A DNA stretch of 64,000 nt from the NCBI GenBank assembly GCA_033851975.1, contig JAWSVJ010000007.1, positions 251,512 through 315,511 of the forward strand. The letters run 5' to 3'. The notes beneath the pieces are model-generated. The model was not told where the DNA came from, ran no database searches, and worked only from the letters and a program-made list of their open reading frames with translations. Position numbers and translations under genes: made by a program. The DNA comes from Hyphomonas sp. GTDB lineage: Bacteria; Pseudomonadota; Alphaproteobacteria; Caulobacterales; Hyphomonadaceae. Of this stretch, positions 28,252 to 38,513 are shown in pieces. Positions within the stretch are counted from its first letter, which is position 1. Each line of letters opens with the position of its first letter.

Positions 28252-29382
28252 CTAGAGCGCTTTGTCATAAACGGCCTGATAGTCATCAGCCGTCATTGTC
28301 TTCGGGTTACCGAAGTGCGCCAAATCTTTCATTGCATATTCCACAATGCCCGGACCATCTTCAGCTGTAAGACCAATCTCTTTCAGCGTTTTTGGAATGC
28401 CGATCTTGTCGTTCAGCGCATCAATCGCCGCCGCAATATCAGCGCCTGGCTTAAGATCCATAGCTTGGCGAATACGCGCATACTTCTCGTCGGCTGATCC
28501 TTCGTGGAAGCGCAGAATGTGCGGCAGGAAGATCGCGTTCAATGTGCCGTGGTGCAGCTTCTTATCATGCAGACGCCCAGCAGCGTGTGACAGCGCGTGC
28601 ACACCGCCCAACCCTTTAGAGAACGCCAGCGCGCCTTCAAGCGACGCCATCATCATCTCATACCGGGCTTCTTTATCTGACCCGTCAGCGACAGCGCGCT
28701 CCAGCATGTTTTTGCCCAGTGCGCGGTAAAGTCCATCAAGGCCGATGCCGTCTGCTGGTGGGTTTATCGCTGGCACAAGTATGGCTTCAATACAGTGCGT
28801 GACCGCATCCATACCCGTCGCAGCCGTCATCCCCTTGGGCAGACCATAGGTCAGCTCCGGGTCACAAATGGCAACGGATGGCAAAAGCATCGGCCCAGCA
28901 AAGGTTTCTTTGCGGCCATTGTTCATGGTCACGATCATACCAACAGACACTTCAGAACCGGTGCCTGATGTCGTTGGGATCGCAATCAATGGCGGCAACG
29001 TTGTGATCTTCTTGGTGCCACCAACAATCGCTGCGTAGTTCTCAAGCGGCTCGTCGTGATTACTCATCAGCGCAACAGCTTTAGACAGATCCATAGAAGA
29101 CCCGCCACCAAGCGCGATAACACCGTCAGCGCCAGACGCTTTATAGAGCGCAGTCACTTCGATGACCTGCTTCTCCGTCGGGTTCGCCACGGTATCAGAG
29201 AAAATGCTCGCAGGGGCCATGCCCAATGCATCGACGACCTTATCCAAAATCCCAGCAGCTTTGATGCCCGGATCAGTGATAATGAAGGCTTTCGTGATGC
29301 CCTCTTTCTTCGCGGTCTTGGCAAGCTGTTTTAACGCGCCATTGTCGAAAATACACGTCGTTAGAAAATTGATGACGGCCAT
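28252..29382 (-). CDS. Iron-containing (group III) alcohol dehydrogenase, 4-hydroxybutyrate dehydrogenase-like
   Basis: GGGSSMD, IPTTSGTGSEV, GMDAVTHCIE, HALSH, HHGTLNA; resembles my recollection of Cupriavidus Gbd. Confidence 0.9.
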   Translation of the reverse strand: MAVINFLTTCIFDNGALKQLAKTAKKEGITKAFIITDPGIKAAGILDKVVDALGMAPASIFSDTVANPTEKQVIEVTALYKASGADGVIALGGGSSMDLSKAVALMSNHDEPLENYAAIVGGTKKITTLPPLIAIPTTSGTGSEVSVGMIVTMNNGRKETFAGPMLLPSVAICDPELTYGLPKGMTAATGMDAVTHCIEAILVPAINPPADGIGLDGLYRALGKNMLERAVADGSDKEARYEMMMASLEGALAFSKGLGGVHALSHAAGRLHDKKLHHGTLNAIFLPHILRFHEGSADEKYARIRQAMDLKPGADIAAAIDALNDKIGIPKTLKEIGLTAEDGPGIVEYAMKDLAHFGNPKTMTADDYQAVYDKAL

Positions 29383-29697
29383 AATTTGAGTTCCCTGAAC
29401 TTTTTGAACGTCCGTTATGTGCCGGACTTACTGGCCGGCACATTGTTCAATCCCCGTAGGGAAAGCAAGCCGGAACAACCAATAAACACGCGACAAAATG
29501 GCGTGATCACAGGGCTTGTTCACACAAAATCTTGTCACTTTTGCGCATCCCTACGGCAGGCGTAATCCGTATCCATCCCTATTTGCGCGGCCATGTCACG
29601 CGGCACATATCCGCGCGTCAGCATGCGCAATTACTTCTATTTTTTCATACTGTTACACCGAGATTAGCTGAACTTCAAACCAACGAGGTAACTGAAA

Positions 29698-30378
29698 ATG
29701 AAACAGCTAATTGCCGCCACTCTCATGGCTGGATCGTCCTTTTTTGGGCTCGCATCAGTCGCTCACGCAGACACCAATCCTTGGATGGTGAGAGGCCGCC
29801 TCCTCGCGGTCATGCCTGACGAGTCTGGCGATCTGTCCACCTCCGGCACCGCCTTGCCGGGCAACGTCGATATCAAGAACCAGTATGTCCCAGAACTCGA
29901 CATCACATACTTCTTCACCGAAAATATCGCGGCAGAGCTCATCTTGGCCGTCACTCCGCATGATGTGAAAGCGACCGGCGTCACCGTTCCCGGTGCCCTC
30001 ACCGACGCAACAATTGATCTGGGTGATGTCTGGCTTTTGCCGCCGACACTCACCCTACAATATCATTTCCAAAATGGCACCTCGTTCACGCCGTATGTCG
30101 GCGCCGGAATCAACGCGACGCTCTTCTTCAACGAAGACAAGGGCCCCGTTGCGAACGGTGTGGATTATGACCCAAGCTTCGGCCTCGCTGCGCAAGTGGG
30201 CTTTGACTACGATTTAGACGGCGCACCCGGCGGCTGGGCGTTAAACGCCGATGTCAAAAAGATATGGATCAACTCCGACGTCACCATCGACTTCACAGAT
30301 GCGTTGGGCGCCACCGTTAAAGCCGATGTCGACATCAACCCGCTCGTTGTCGGCGTGGGGCTTGGCTACAAATACTAG
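29698..30378 (+). CDS. ompW: OmpW-family outer membrane protein
   Basis: Signal peptide; PELDITYFFTENIAAELIL, WLLPPTLTLQYHF, PYVGAGIN; C-terminal aromatic residue. Confidence 0.92.
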   Translation: MKQLIAATLMAGSSFFGLASVAHADTNPWMVRGRLLAVMPDESGDLSTSGTALPGNVDIKNQYVPELDITYFFTENIAAELILAVTPHDVKATGVTVPGALTDATIDLGDVWLLPPTLTLQYHFQNGTSFTPYVGAGINATLFFNEDKGPVANGVDYDPSFGLAAQVGFDYDLDGAPGGWALNADVKKIWINSDVTIDFTDALGATVKADVDINPLVVGVGLGYKY

Positions 30379-30424
30379 CCCATTCAACATTCCCAGAGGT
30401 TTCCTCCCAGAAACCTTTTACCTA

Positions 30425-30461
30425 CCGCCAGTGTCCATTTTTGGGGCTGGCGGGTTTTTTT
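30425..30461 (+). terminator. Intrinsic terminator after ompW
   Basis: CCGCCAG...CTGGCGG followed by a T run. Confidence 0.55.
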
Positions 30462-30554
30462 GGCATCAACAAACTGCGTATTTTCCCGGATATGCCCTCC
30501 CCGTCCAACTAGGTATTTTCCGAGGTGCCGTGAACACGCAATGGAGGATAAATC

Positions 30555-31085
30555 ATGAAAATACTTATCGGATATTCCAGCCGCCAAGGGCAAACTCGCA
30601 AGATTGCCCGCCACGTTTCAGATGCCGCGATCAAGACTGGACACAGCGTAGAGCTTCTACCGCTTGAGGACGCTGACGGGATTGATTTGAGGCGCTTCGA
30701 CAGAGTTCTCCTCGCCGCGCCAATTCATATGGGCCATTATCCCAAAGCACTCGCCGAATTTGCGTCCGACAACTCTGGCGCCCTCAATGCAATGACGACC
30801 GGCTTTTTGTCCGTGTCACTCTCCGCTGCTGGGCATGAGGCTGATGACTGGAAAAGCCTCGATCGCACCCTTGATGACCTTCAATTGGCGACAGGCTGGG
30901 GCGCTACCGACACACAGCAAATCGCAGGCGCCTACCTGCCATCAAAATGCGACATCCTCACCCGCTTCATCATGCTGCGCATCCTAACCAAACGCTCTCC
31001 AACCACAAACCTTGATGAGGACAAAGAATTCACAAATTGGACCGCACTAGATGAGTGGTTCGCCGACTGGCTTGCCACCCCTTAA
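30555..31085 (+). CDS. Flavodoxin-fold HemG-like protein (menaquinone-dependent protoporphyrinogen oxidase family)
   Basis: ILIGYSSRQGQTRKIA, APIHMGHYP, FLSVSLSA, EFTNW. Confidence 0.8.
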   Translation: MKILIGYSSRQGQTRKIARHVSDAAIKTGHSVELLPLEDADGIDLRRFDRVLLAAPIHMGHYPKALAEFASDNSGALNAMTTGFLSVSLSAAGHEADDWKSLDRTLDDLQLATGWGATDTQQIAGAYLPSKCDILTRFIMLRILTKRSPTTNLDEDKEFTNWTALDEWFADWLATP

Positions 31086-31280
31086 GCCAACGCCGGATTG
31101 ACCGTAACGGGCTTGGTCAGCATCTCAGCCGGGCGCAGCAAAATTCCAGGGTCACCGTCTGCCACAATATCATCCCTTCAAATAACAATCTCACTATTAA
31201 GTGCGATCTAAACTCACCATTACGTCAATCCTTGCCACTCCCCATTGCCCTTTCGGGCTTGACGCGTAAAACTCCCCGGC

Positions 31281-33086
31281 ATGAGCTTGCTTTCTGTAAA
31301 AGACCTTGAGGTCACCTTCGACACGCCCGACGGCCCCGTAAACGCTGTGCGCGGCATCAGCTTTGATGTTAGCGCGGGTGAATGCCTCGGCATTGTGGGC
31401 GAAAGCGGCTCGGGCAAAAGCCAATCGGCCCTCGCCTCCCTTGGCTTGCTCGCCGACAATGGCACCGCCAGCGGCAGTATCAACTTTGACGGCACCGACA
31501 TACTCACCGCTAATGCCGCCACGCTACGCAAAATACGCGGCGCGCAAATGTCGATGATCTTCCAAGACCCACTGACCAGCCTCACGCCCCATATGACGGT
31601 CGGCGCGCAGATGCGCGAAATTCTCGCACTACATCAAAACCTAAAAGGCGAAGCCGCCGACAAACGCTGCGCTGATTGGCTAGAGAATGTGCGCATTCCA
31701 GAGGCCGCCCGACGCCTCAACCAATTCCCGCATGAACTTTCAGGCGGTATGCGCCAGCGCGTTATGATCGCCATTGCTATGCTGTGTGGGCCAAAGCTCC
31801 TGCTCGCGGATGAACCAACCACAGCGCTAGACGTGACCGTTCAGGCCCAAGTGCTGGACTTGATGGATGATCTGAAACGCGACACCGGCACAGGTATCGC
31901 CCTCATCACGCATGATATGGGCGTCGTTGCCCGCATGTGCGACCGTGTCATCGTTATGCGCAAAGGTGAGATCGTCGAGCGCGGCAGTGTCGATGATATT
32001 TTCTACAAGCCCCAGCACGGATACACCAAAATGCTGCTAGAGGCCGTACCCCGTATCGACCAGCCAGACAGGCCGGGACGCCCCGCTCTTGGCCCCGCGC
32101 CAAATAGCGATACGCCGCCCATCCTCGAAGTCACGGACATGAAAATCCAGTTCCCCATCCGAGTCAAAGGCGGCTTGTTTGGTAAGATACAGCCGTTACG
32201 CGCCGTCGATGGCGTCTCATTCGATTTGCGCGCCGGTGAAACCCTCGGCGTGGTCGGCGAATCCGGTTGCGGCAAATCCACCCTCGCGCGCGGTATTCTT
32301 CGCCTCATCCCGCCAACGGATGGCACGGTCGCATGGCTGGGCAAAGACATCACCAAGGCTTCAACCAATGAGATGAACGCCCTGCGCGACGACCTCCAAA
32401 TCGTCTTCCAAGACCCCCTCGCCAGTCTCGATCCGCGCATGACCGTCGGCGCGTCTATCGCAGAGCCACTACAAGTACACCAACGCGCGCTCAGCAAAGC
32501 AGAACGCGAAGCCAAAGTCCGCGCAATTCTCCCCCGCATGGGCCTCGATGCAAATCTCTACAACCGTTACCCACATGAGCTCTCTGGCGGACAAAACCAA
32601 CGTGTCGGCATCGCCCGCGCTATGATTCTGAAGCCAAAGCTCATCGTCTGTGATGAGGCTGTTTCCGCGCTGGACGTATCAGTTCAAGCCCAAGTCGTAG
32701 ACCTACTCATCGAACTTCAAAAAGAGTTCGGCCTCGCCATGATATTTATCAGTCATGACTTGGCGGTGGTGAGAGAAATCAGCCACCGCGTCATGGTGCT
32801 ATATCTGGGCCGCGTGGTCGAACTCGCCGACCGCCATGCCATTTATGAGGATGCCCGCCACCCCTATACAAAGGCGCTTATCGCAGCTGTCCCCAACGCT
32901 GACCCCAAGCTTGAGCGCGCCCGTGAGCGCGTAAAGCTCAGCGGCGATCTACCGTCCCCAATGGACAGCCGCGCGGCGCTGCGCTTCATGAAATCCAAGC
33001 TGGTTGATGACCCGGACGCAGTGCAGTATCGCCCCACCCTCAACGAAATCGCCCCCGGCCACATCGTCGCTGAATTTGACGCCTAA
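31281..33086 (+). CDS. Fused double-domain oligopeptide/dipeptide ABC ATPase
   Basis: Two Walker A motifs ([16 protein letters not shown]); [12 protein letters not shown] and [12 protein letters not shown]; HPYTKAL. Confidence 0.93.
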   Translation: MSLLSVKDLEVTFDTPDGPVNAVRGISFDVSAGECLGIVGESGSGKSQSALASLGLLADNGTASGSINFDGTDILTANAATLRKIRGAQMSMIFQDPLTSLTPHMTVGAQMREILALHQNLKGEAADKRCADWLENVRIPEAARRLNQFPHELSGGMRQRVMIAIAMLCGPKLLLADEPTTALDVTVQAQVLDLMDDLKRDTGTGIALITHDMGVVARMCDRVIVMRKGEIVERGSVDDIFYKPQHGYTKMLLEAVPRIDQPDRPGRPALGPAPNSDTPPILEVTDMKIQFPIRVKGGLFGKIQPLRAVDGVSFDLRAGETLGVVGESGCGKSTLARGILRLIPPTDGTVAWLGKDITKASTNEMNALRDDLQIVFQDPLASLDPRMTVGASIAEPLQVHQRALSKAEREAKVRAILPRMGLDANLYNRYPHELSGGQNQRVGIARAMILKPKLIVCDEAVSALDVSVQAQVVDLLIELQKEFGLAMIFISHDLAVVREISHRVMVLYLGRVVELADRHAIYEDARHPYTKALIAAVPNADPKLERARERVKLSGDLPSPMDSRAALRFMKSKLVDDPDAVQYRPTLNEIAPGHIVAEFDA

Positions 33087-33158
33087 ACCGCCCCCCATTG
33101 CCCTATGGCCCGTGCGCGCATAGTGTGCCCGCGTTTCAAGCCGGACTCGGAAAAACTT

Positions 33159-34388
33159 ATGCCAGATTCTCACAACACCGCTCTGCCCGTCACACTTGCT
33201 GACGTTGAAGCCGCAGCCAAAGTGCTCGACGGCCAGATTGTGCGCACTGCGTTCAATCATTCGCGGACACTGTCGGAGATTACCGGCGCGGAAGTTTGGG
33301 TGAAGTTTGAGAACCATCAATTCACCGCCGCCTTTAAAGAACGCGGGGCTCTCAATCGCCTTGCTTCGCTGTCAGATGCGCAAAAGAAGGCGGGCGTTAT
33401 CGCCGCCTCCGCTGGCAATCACAGCCAAGGCGTCGCCTATCACGCCAAGCGCCTCGGCATTCCGGCGACCATCGTCATGCCTAAAACAACGCCGTTCACC
33501 AAGGTCGAGCAAACCCGCTCTCATGGCTGCCGCGTGTTGCAAGAAGGCATGAATTTCGATGACGCTAAAATCGAAGCCTATCACGTCCAGCAACGCGAAG
33601 GGCTGACCTTCATCGACCCTTTTGATGACCCCAAAATCATCGCGGGTCAGGGTACTGTCGCGTTAGAAATGCTGGATGACCAACCGGGCCTCGAAACGCT
33701 GATCGTTCCAATCGGTGGCGGTGGGCTTATTGCTGGCATGACGGTGGCCGCCAAAGGACGCAATCCCAACATTCGCGTTGTCGGTGTCGAAACAGAACTC
33801 TATCCCGGCATGAAGCAAGAGCTGGAGAACAAACCAGTCAAAATTCCCGGCGGCTCAACCATCGCGGAGGGCATCGCTGTTTATGATGTCGGGCGCATGC
33901 CCGTCGAGATCGTACAATCCATTGTCGACGACATCGTGCTCGTCGCGGAGGAAGATATTGAGCGCGCAATCACGCTCTTGGTCGAGGTTGAGAAAACCGT
34001 TGCCGAAGGTGCTGGCGCAGCTGGACTGGCCGCATTGCTGGCACATCCAGGCAAATTCTCCGGCCAACGCATTGGCCTTGTCATAACGGGCGGGAACATA
34101 GACACACGCCTCCTCTCGTCAGTGCTGACGCGCGCGCTTGTCCGCGAGAAGCGCCTCACCTCCATCCGCATCATTGGCGATGATCGCCCCGGCTTGCTCG
34201 GCCTTGTGTCCCAAGTTATCGGAGATGCTGGCGCGAATATCATCGAAGTGGCGCACAACCGCCTCGCGCTTGATGTACCCGCCAAAGGCGCTGAATTCGA
34301 CATTCTTATTGAGACGCGTGATGCTCAGCATACCTATGACGTGATCGACACGCTAACGGCTGCCGGTTACCCTCCGCGCCCGCTCTAA
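33159..34388 (+). CDS. ilvA: Threonine ammonia-lyase with C-terminal ACT domain
   Basis: AFKERGA (PLP lysine), SAGNHSQG, PIGGGGL, DDRPGLL ACT motif. Confidence 0.9.
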   Translation: MPDSHNTALPVTLADVEAAAKVLDGQIVRTAFNHSRTLSEITGAEVWVKFENHQFTAAFKERGALNRLASLSDAQKKAGVIAASAGNHSQGVAYHAKRLGIPATIVMPKTTPFTKVEQTRSHGCRVLQEGMNFDDAKIEAYHVQQREGLTFIDPFDDPKIIAGQGTVALEMLDDQPGLETLIVPIGGGGLIAGMTVAAKGRNPNIRVVGVETELYPGMKQELENKPVKIPGGSTIAEGIAVYDVGRMPVEIVQSIVDDIVLVAEEDIERAITLLVEVEKTVAEGAGAAGLAALLAHPGKFSGQRIGLVITGGNIDTRLLSSVLTRALVREKRLTSIRIIGDDRPGLLGLVSQVIGDAGANIIEVAHNRLALDVPAKGAEFDILIETRDAQHTYDVIDTLTAAGYPPRPL

Positions 34389-34467
34389 CATCTCTTGCCG
34401 TGACTTCGCCATAAAACCCGCCTAGATGCGGGAGTGGAGACATCGCCACTTAGACGGAGACACCATA

Positions 34468-35361
34468 ATGATCCGCACTATCACTGCTGCAATCGCAGCG
34501 ACCTTCCTCGTTGCCGCGTGCAGCACTAACTCAAATACGGAGGCCCCATCCGTGGAGCAAGCCTTTGACACTTACCTACCATGGGACGCGAACGGCAAAG
34601 ACGTTCAAACCCTTGATAATGGCATTCAATATATCGTCCTGAAGAAGAGTGCCGAAGGCGGCGCCTCTCCTGTTGCGACGGATACGGTTGAAGTGAACTA
34701 TGAAGGTCGCCTGACGACCGGCGAAAAGTTCGATTCTTCCTATGATCGCGGCGAGTCCATCTCTTTCCCGCTTAACCGAGTTATCTCCGGTTGGACAATT
34801 GGTCTGCAGGAAATGGTTGTTGGCGACGATTACCTTTTCTACATCCCGACCGATCTTGGCTATGGCCAAAACCCGCGTCCGGGCGGCGTTATCAAGCCGG
34901 GCGATGACCTTGTGTTTCGCATTGAACTGCTAAACATCGTCATCCCAAAAACCGCAGACACCGAGGCATGGGAAAAGTACATGCCGTGGAACCCTGATCT
35001 GCCAGAAGTGCAGAAAACAGAGTCTGGCCTTCAGTACATCGTGCTTGCATCGGGTGATCCTGCTGGCCCAAGCCCAGAGAATGGCGAGTTCGTCTCTGCT
35101 CATTATGAAGGTCGTTTGGCTGCCACGAATGAGATGTTCGACAGCTCATTTGAGCGCGGCGACCCGCTATCTTTGCCATCTAATCAAGTCATCCCGGGTT
35201 GGGTTGAAGCGCTTGAGCTGATGAAAGAAGGCGATCGTTGGCTCGTCTACATCCCAGCAGAAATTGGCTATGGCGCGACCGGCACCCCCGGCGGCCCGAT
35301 TCCACCAGATGCTGATCTGGTATTCGAGCTCGACCTCGAAAAAGTAATGAAGCGCGGCTAA
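34468..35361 (+). CDS. Lipoprotein with two FKBP-type PPIase domains
   Basis: Lipobox VAAC; two copies of HYEG/NYEG...FDSS...VI.GW...IP...GYG...L.F..EL. Confidence 0.92.
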   Translation: MIRTITAAIAATFLVAACSTNSNTEAPSVEQAFDTYLPWDANGKDVQTLDNGIQYIVLKKSAEGGASPVATDTVEVNYEGRLTTGEKFDSSYDRGESISFPLNRVISGWTIGLQEMVVGDDYLFYIPTDLGYGQNPRPGGVIKPGDDLVFRIELLNIVIPKTADTEAWEKYMPWNPDLPEVQKTESGLQYIVLASGDPAGPSPENGEFVSAHYEGRLAATNEMFDSSFERGDPLSLPSNQVIPGWVEALELMKEGDRWLVYIPAEIGYGATGTPGGPIPPDADLVFELDLEKVMKRG

Positions 35362-35446
35362 CGCAACCGATTGGCGCCGCTGCTGGAACAGCTCTTGCAG
35401 CGGCGCTAACTCATATTCTCCATCTATTGCAGCCACAGGCCTTCCA

Positions 35447-36235
35447 ATGACCGTTACAGCAGACCAACTCGCCCGAATTGCCCTTGATGCAGGCCAACTC
35501 ATCATGGACGTTTATAAGAGTGACTTCTCAGTTGATCGTAAGGACGATGCCTCACCGGTGACCGAGGCCGACCAGAAGGCCGAAACACTCATCTTGGACG
35601 CATTGCGCAAGATCGAGCCTGACCTACCTATCATCGCTGAAGAGAGCGCCTCAGAGGGCCACATCCCTGAGCATGGCCCTCGCTTTGCGCTGGTGGACCC
35701 GCTGGATGGTACCAAGGAGTTCGTCAACAAGAATGGCGAGTTCACCGTAAACATCGCAATCATCGAACATGGCCGTCCGGTTATGGGTGTTGTCTATGCC
35801 CCGGCGCTCGACCGCCTCTTCGTTGCAGAATCTCATAATTCCGCTTGGCAAGCGACGGCCAAGCCAGGCGCTGCGGTTCCAACCGACACGACACCGCTTC
35901 GCGTGAGAGCTGCGCCGGAAGCTGGCCTGACGGCTATCGCCTCCAAGTCACACCGCTCTAAAGAGACTGATGATTGGCTAGAGAAATACCCAATTGATGA
36001 GATCAAAGGCGCTGGTTCTTCGCTCAAATTCTGCCTCATCGCGGCGGGTGAAGCTGACCTTTACCCACGCCTTGGTCGCACCATGGAATGGGACACAGCA
36101 GCAGGGCAATCTGTAATAGAAGCTGCAGGTGGACGTGTTTTGACCGAAACCGGCGAGCCTCTTCTCTACGGCAAAAAAGAGCGCGGCTATGACAATCCGC
36201 ACTTCATCGTCTATGGCGATGTCACTCCGCTTTAG
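35447..36235 (+). CDS. cysQ: 3'(2'),5'-bisphosphate nucleotidase
   Basis: SPVTEADQ, LVDPLDGTKEF, GSSLKFC, MEWDTAAG. Confidence 0.93.
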   Translation: MTVTADQLARIALDAGQLIMDVYKSDFSVDRKDDASPVTEADQKAETLILDALRKIEPDLPIIAEESASEGHIPEHGPRFALVDPLDGTKEFVNKNGEFTVNIAIIEHGRPVMGVVYAPALDRLFVAESHNSAWQATAKPGAAVPTDTTPLRVRAAPEAGLTAIASKSHRSKETDDWLEKYPIDEIKGAGSSLKFCLIAAGEADLYPRLGRTMEWDTAAGQSVIEAAGGRVLTETGEPLLYGKKERGYDNPHFIVYGDVTPL

Positions 36236-36331
36236 GAAAACACGGTTACAAACCTTGTTTTCGCTACAAATTTAGCATCTACGCTCGCCATTTAGCGCTA
36301 TCGCGTTAAAGTGGCACGCTAGGAGTTTTCA

Positions 36332-37675
36332 ATGTCACGACAATATTTCGGCACAGACGGCATACGTGGACGGGTCAACGCCTCTGCAATGACGGCTGAA
36401 ACAGCGCTACGATTAGCTATCGCCACATCACGCATCTTTGCGGGTAATGGCCCCGCTGAAGTTATCATCGGTCAAGATACGCGCAATTCTGGCGCAATGA
36501 TTGAGGCTGCGCTCATCGCTGGCTTCACCAGCATGGGCGTAACGCCTGTTCTCATTGGCGTCGTGCCAACGCCCGCCGTCGCTATGATGACACGCGAGAC
36601 AGGCGCAGCGCTGGGCCTCATGATCTCCGCCTCACACAACAAGGCAGACGATAACGGCCTCAAACTGTTCAGCCCCGAAGGCACCAAATTCCCTGATGAA
36701 GTCGAGGAAGCGATCGAACTGGGCATGCGCGACGCGCTAGACGGCAACTATGCCTCGCCCGAAAACGTATGCACTGCCCGCACGATAGACGGCGCGGGCG
36801 ACCAATATGTCGACGCTGTTCTTAAGACGATGCCAGAGGGCCTCACCCTCAAAGGCATGAAGATCGTCCTTGATTGTGCAAATGGCGCTGGCACACATGT
36901 CGCCCCTAAAGCATTGCAAGCACTCGGCGCTGACCTCACCATCATCGGCAACACGCCCGATGGCCGCAACATCAATGCAGGCGTCGGCTCCACCGAAACC
37001 GCCGCACTGAAAGCTGCCGTGCTTGAACAAGGCGCAGATGTTGGCATCGCCCTCGACGGTGATGCTGACCGCGTTTTGATCATCGATGAGACCGGAACTG
37101 AAATCGACGGCGACCAAATTATGGGCCTAATTGCCACCGAACTGCATCAAACTGCACGCTTACGCGCGGGCGGAATGGTGGCCACAGTCATGTCGAATAT
37201 GGGCCTTGCAGAGCACCTTAAAAGCCTTGGCCTCACGCTAGCCCGCACCAAAGTGGGCGACCGCTATGTCGGCGAACACATGCGCCAACATGGGTTCAAT
37301 TTGGGCGGCGAACAATCAGGCCACATCATCCTATCTGACGTCTCGACAACGGGCGACGGTCTACTCGCTGGCCTCAATGTGCTTGCGGTATTGGCCAATA
37401 CAGATCAACCCATGTCGAAAGTCGGCCACATCTTCGATCCCGCGCCGCAAAAACTCGTCAATATCCGTTACTCTGGCGACAATCCGCTAGAGACAGAAGC
37501 GGTCAAAACAGCGCTCGCTGAATCGGAAGTGATGATGGGCGAACGAGGCCGCATGGTCGTGCGCAAGTCCGGCACCGAACCGCTCATCCGTGTAATGGCC
37601 GAAGCTCTAGACGCCGACTTGATGGAGCGCGCCCTCGCCCACTCTGTAGCGGCGGTGAAGCAAGCTAGCGCTTAG
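36332..37675 (+). CDS. glmM: Phosphoglucosamine mutase
   Basis: YFGTDGIRG, MISASHN, LDGDADR, GGEQSGH, RKSGTEPLIRVM. Confidence 0.96.
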   Translation: MSRQYFGTDGIRGRVNASAMTAETALRLAIATSRIFAGNGPAEVIIGQDTRNSGAMIEAALIAGFTSMGVTPVLIGVVPTPAVAMMTRETGAALGLMISASHNKADDNGLKLFSPEGTKFPDEVEEAIELGMRDALDGNYASPENVCTARTIDGAGDQYVDAVLKTMPEGLTLKGMKIVLDCANGAGTHVAPKALQALGADLTIIGNTPDGRNINAGVGSTETAALKAAVLEQGADVGIALDGDADRVLIIDETGTEIDGDQIMGLIATELHQTARLRAGGMVATVMSNMGLAEHLKSLGLTLARTKVGDRYVGEHMRQHGFNLGGEQSGHIILSDVSTTGDGLLAGLNVLAVLANTDQPMSKVGHIFDPAPQKLVNIRYSGDNPLETEAVKTALAESEVMMGERGRMVVRKSGTEPLIRVMAEALDADLMERALAHSVAAVKQASA

Positions 37676-38454
37676 TGACGCTCGCGCCCTCCCCCTCTGG
37701 TGTTGTTGCGATTACAGCAGGCGGGCCGCACGCATGGATCACCATCAACGCCCTACGCGACAAGTTTGGCGACATCCCAATCATCGTCGAAGAGGGTGAA
37801 CCCTCCTCCGTATTCTGGGCCCGGCGGAAGAAGTTGCTAGGCCCACTGAAAGTCGCGAGCATGCAAGCGGCGCGCATCCCCATGAAACTCACCAAGCGCG
37901 GAACGGAGGCGCGTATTGCCGAGCTGGTAACAGAACACGCGCTCCAACCCGACGCCCCCGCCAATGCACAGATCATCAAGGTGTCGTCAGTCAATTCAGA
38001 CACGGCACGAGAGGCCCTAAAACAGCTTGCCCCAAAGGCTGTCTTCGTCGTCTCCACCCGCATGATTAGCGCAAAGACCCTGTCTTCAGTGGAAGCGCCC
38101 TTCATCAACTATCACTCCGGTATCAACCCGGCCTATCGCGGCATGTATGGTGGCTATTTCGCGCTGGCGAATGGCGAACCTGAACATTTCGGCGCGACCG
38201 TACATTTGGTCGATGACGGCGTCGACACTGGTGATGTGCTATATCAGAGCCATGTTGAGGTCAGCCCGAAAGACAATTTCCACACCTATATCTGGGTGAT
38301 GGCAGCGGGCAGTCGGGACATTTGCGTGAAGGCCGTCGGCGATGCATTGAAAGACCAACTCAAGCCCCGCAAAGTAGACCTCCCTTCCCACCAGTACTTC
38401 GCGCCCACTTTAGGTGGTTACCTATGGGCAGGATTACGCCACGGCATCTGGTAA
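37675..38454 (+). CDS. Standalone formyltransferase-domain protein
   Basis: FINYHSGINPAYRG and ATVHLVDDGVDTG (Asn/His/Asp catalytic set of the PurN/Fmt fold); TAGTG overlap with glmM. Confidence 0.85.
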   Translation: MTLAPSPSGVVAITAGGPHAWITINALRDKFGDIPIIVEEGEPSSVFWARRKKLLGPLKVASMQAARIPMKLTKRGTEARIAELVTEHALQPDAPANAQIIKVSSVNSDTAREALKQLAPKAVFVVSTRMISAKTLSSVEAPFINYHSGINPAYRGMYGGYFALANGEPEHFGATVHLVDDGVDTGDVLYQSHVEVSPKDNFHTYIWVMAAGSRDICVKAVGDALKDQLKPRKVDLPSHQYFAPTLGGYLWAGLRHGIW

Positions 38455-38513
38455 CAGGCCCTAAAAAGCGCCTACACTCTCCGCAAAACATAATTATTGG
38501 AGGAGAAACAACC

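Noticed and set aside
29383-29697. FNR/FixK box upstream of ompW; ATGTGCCGG...CCGGCACAT inverted repeat
   Set aside because: No TTGAT-N4-ATCAA match; the inverted repeat is a single short hairpin with no assignable function.
31086-31200. Short minus-strand frame DIVADGDPGILLRPAEMLTKPVTVNPALA*
   Set aside because: No convincing RBS or homology; cannot be supported as a gene or pseudogene.
36312-36327. TGGCAC as a sigma-54 -24 element before glmM
   Set aside because: No TTGC at -12, and too close to the start codon.
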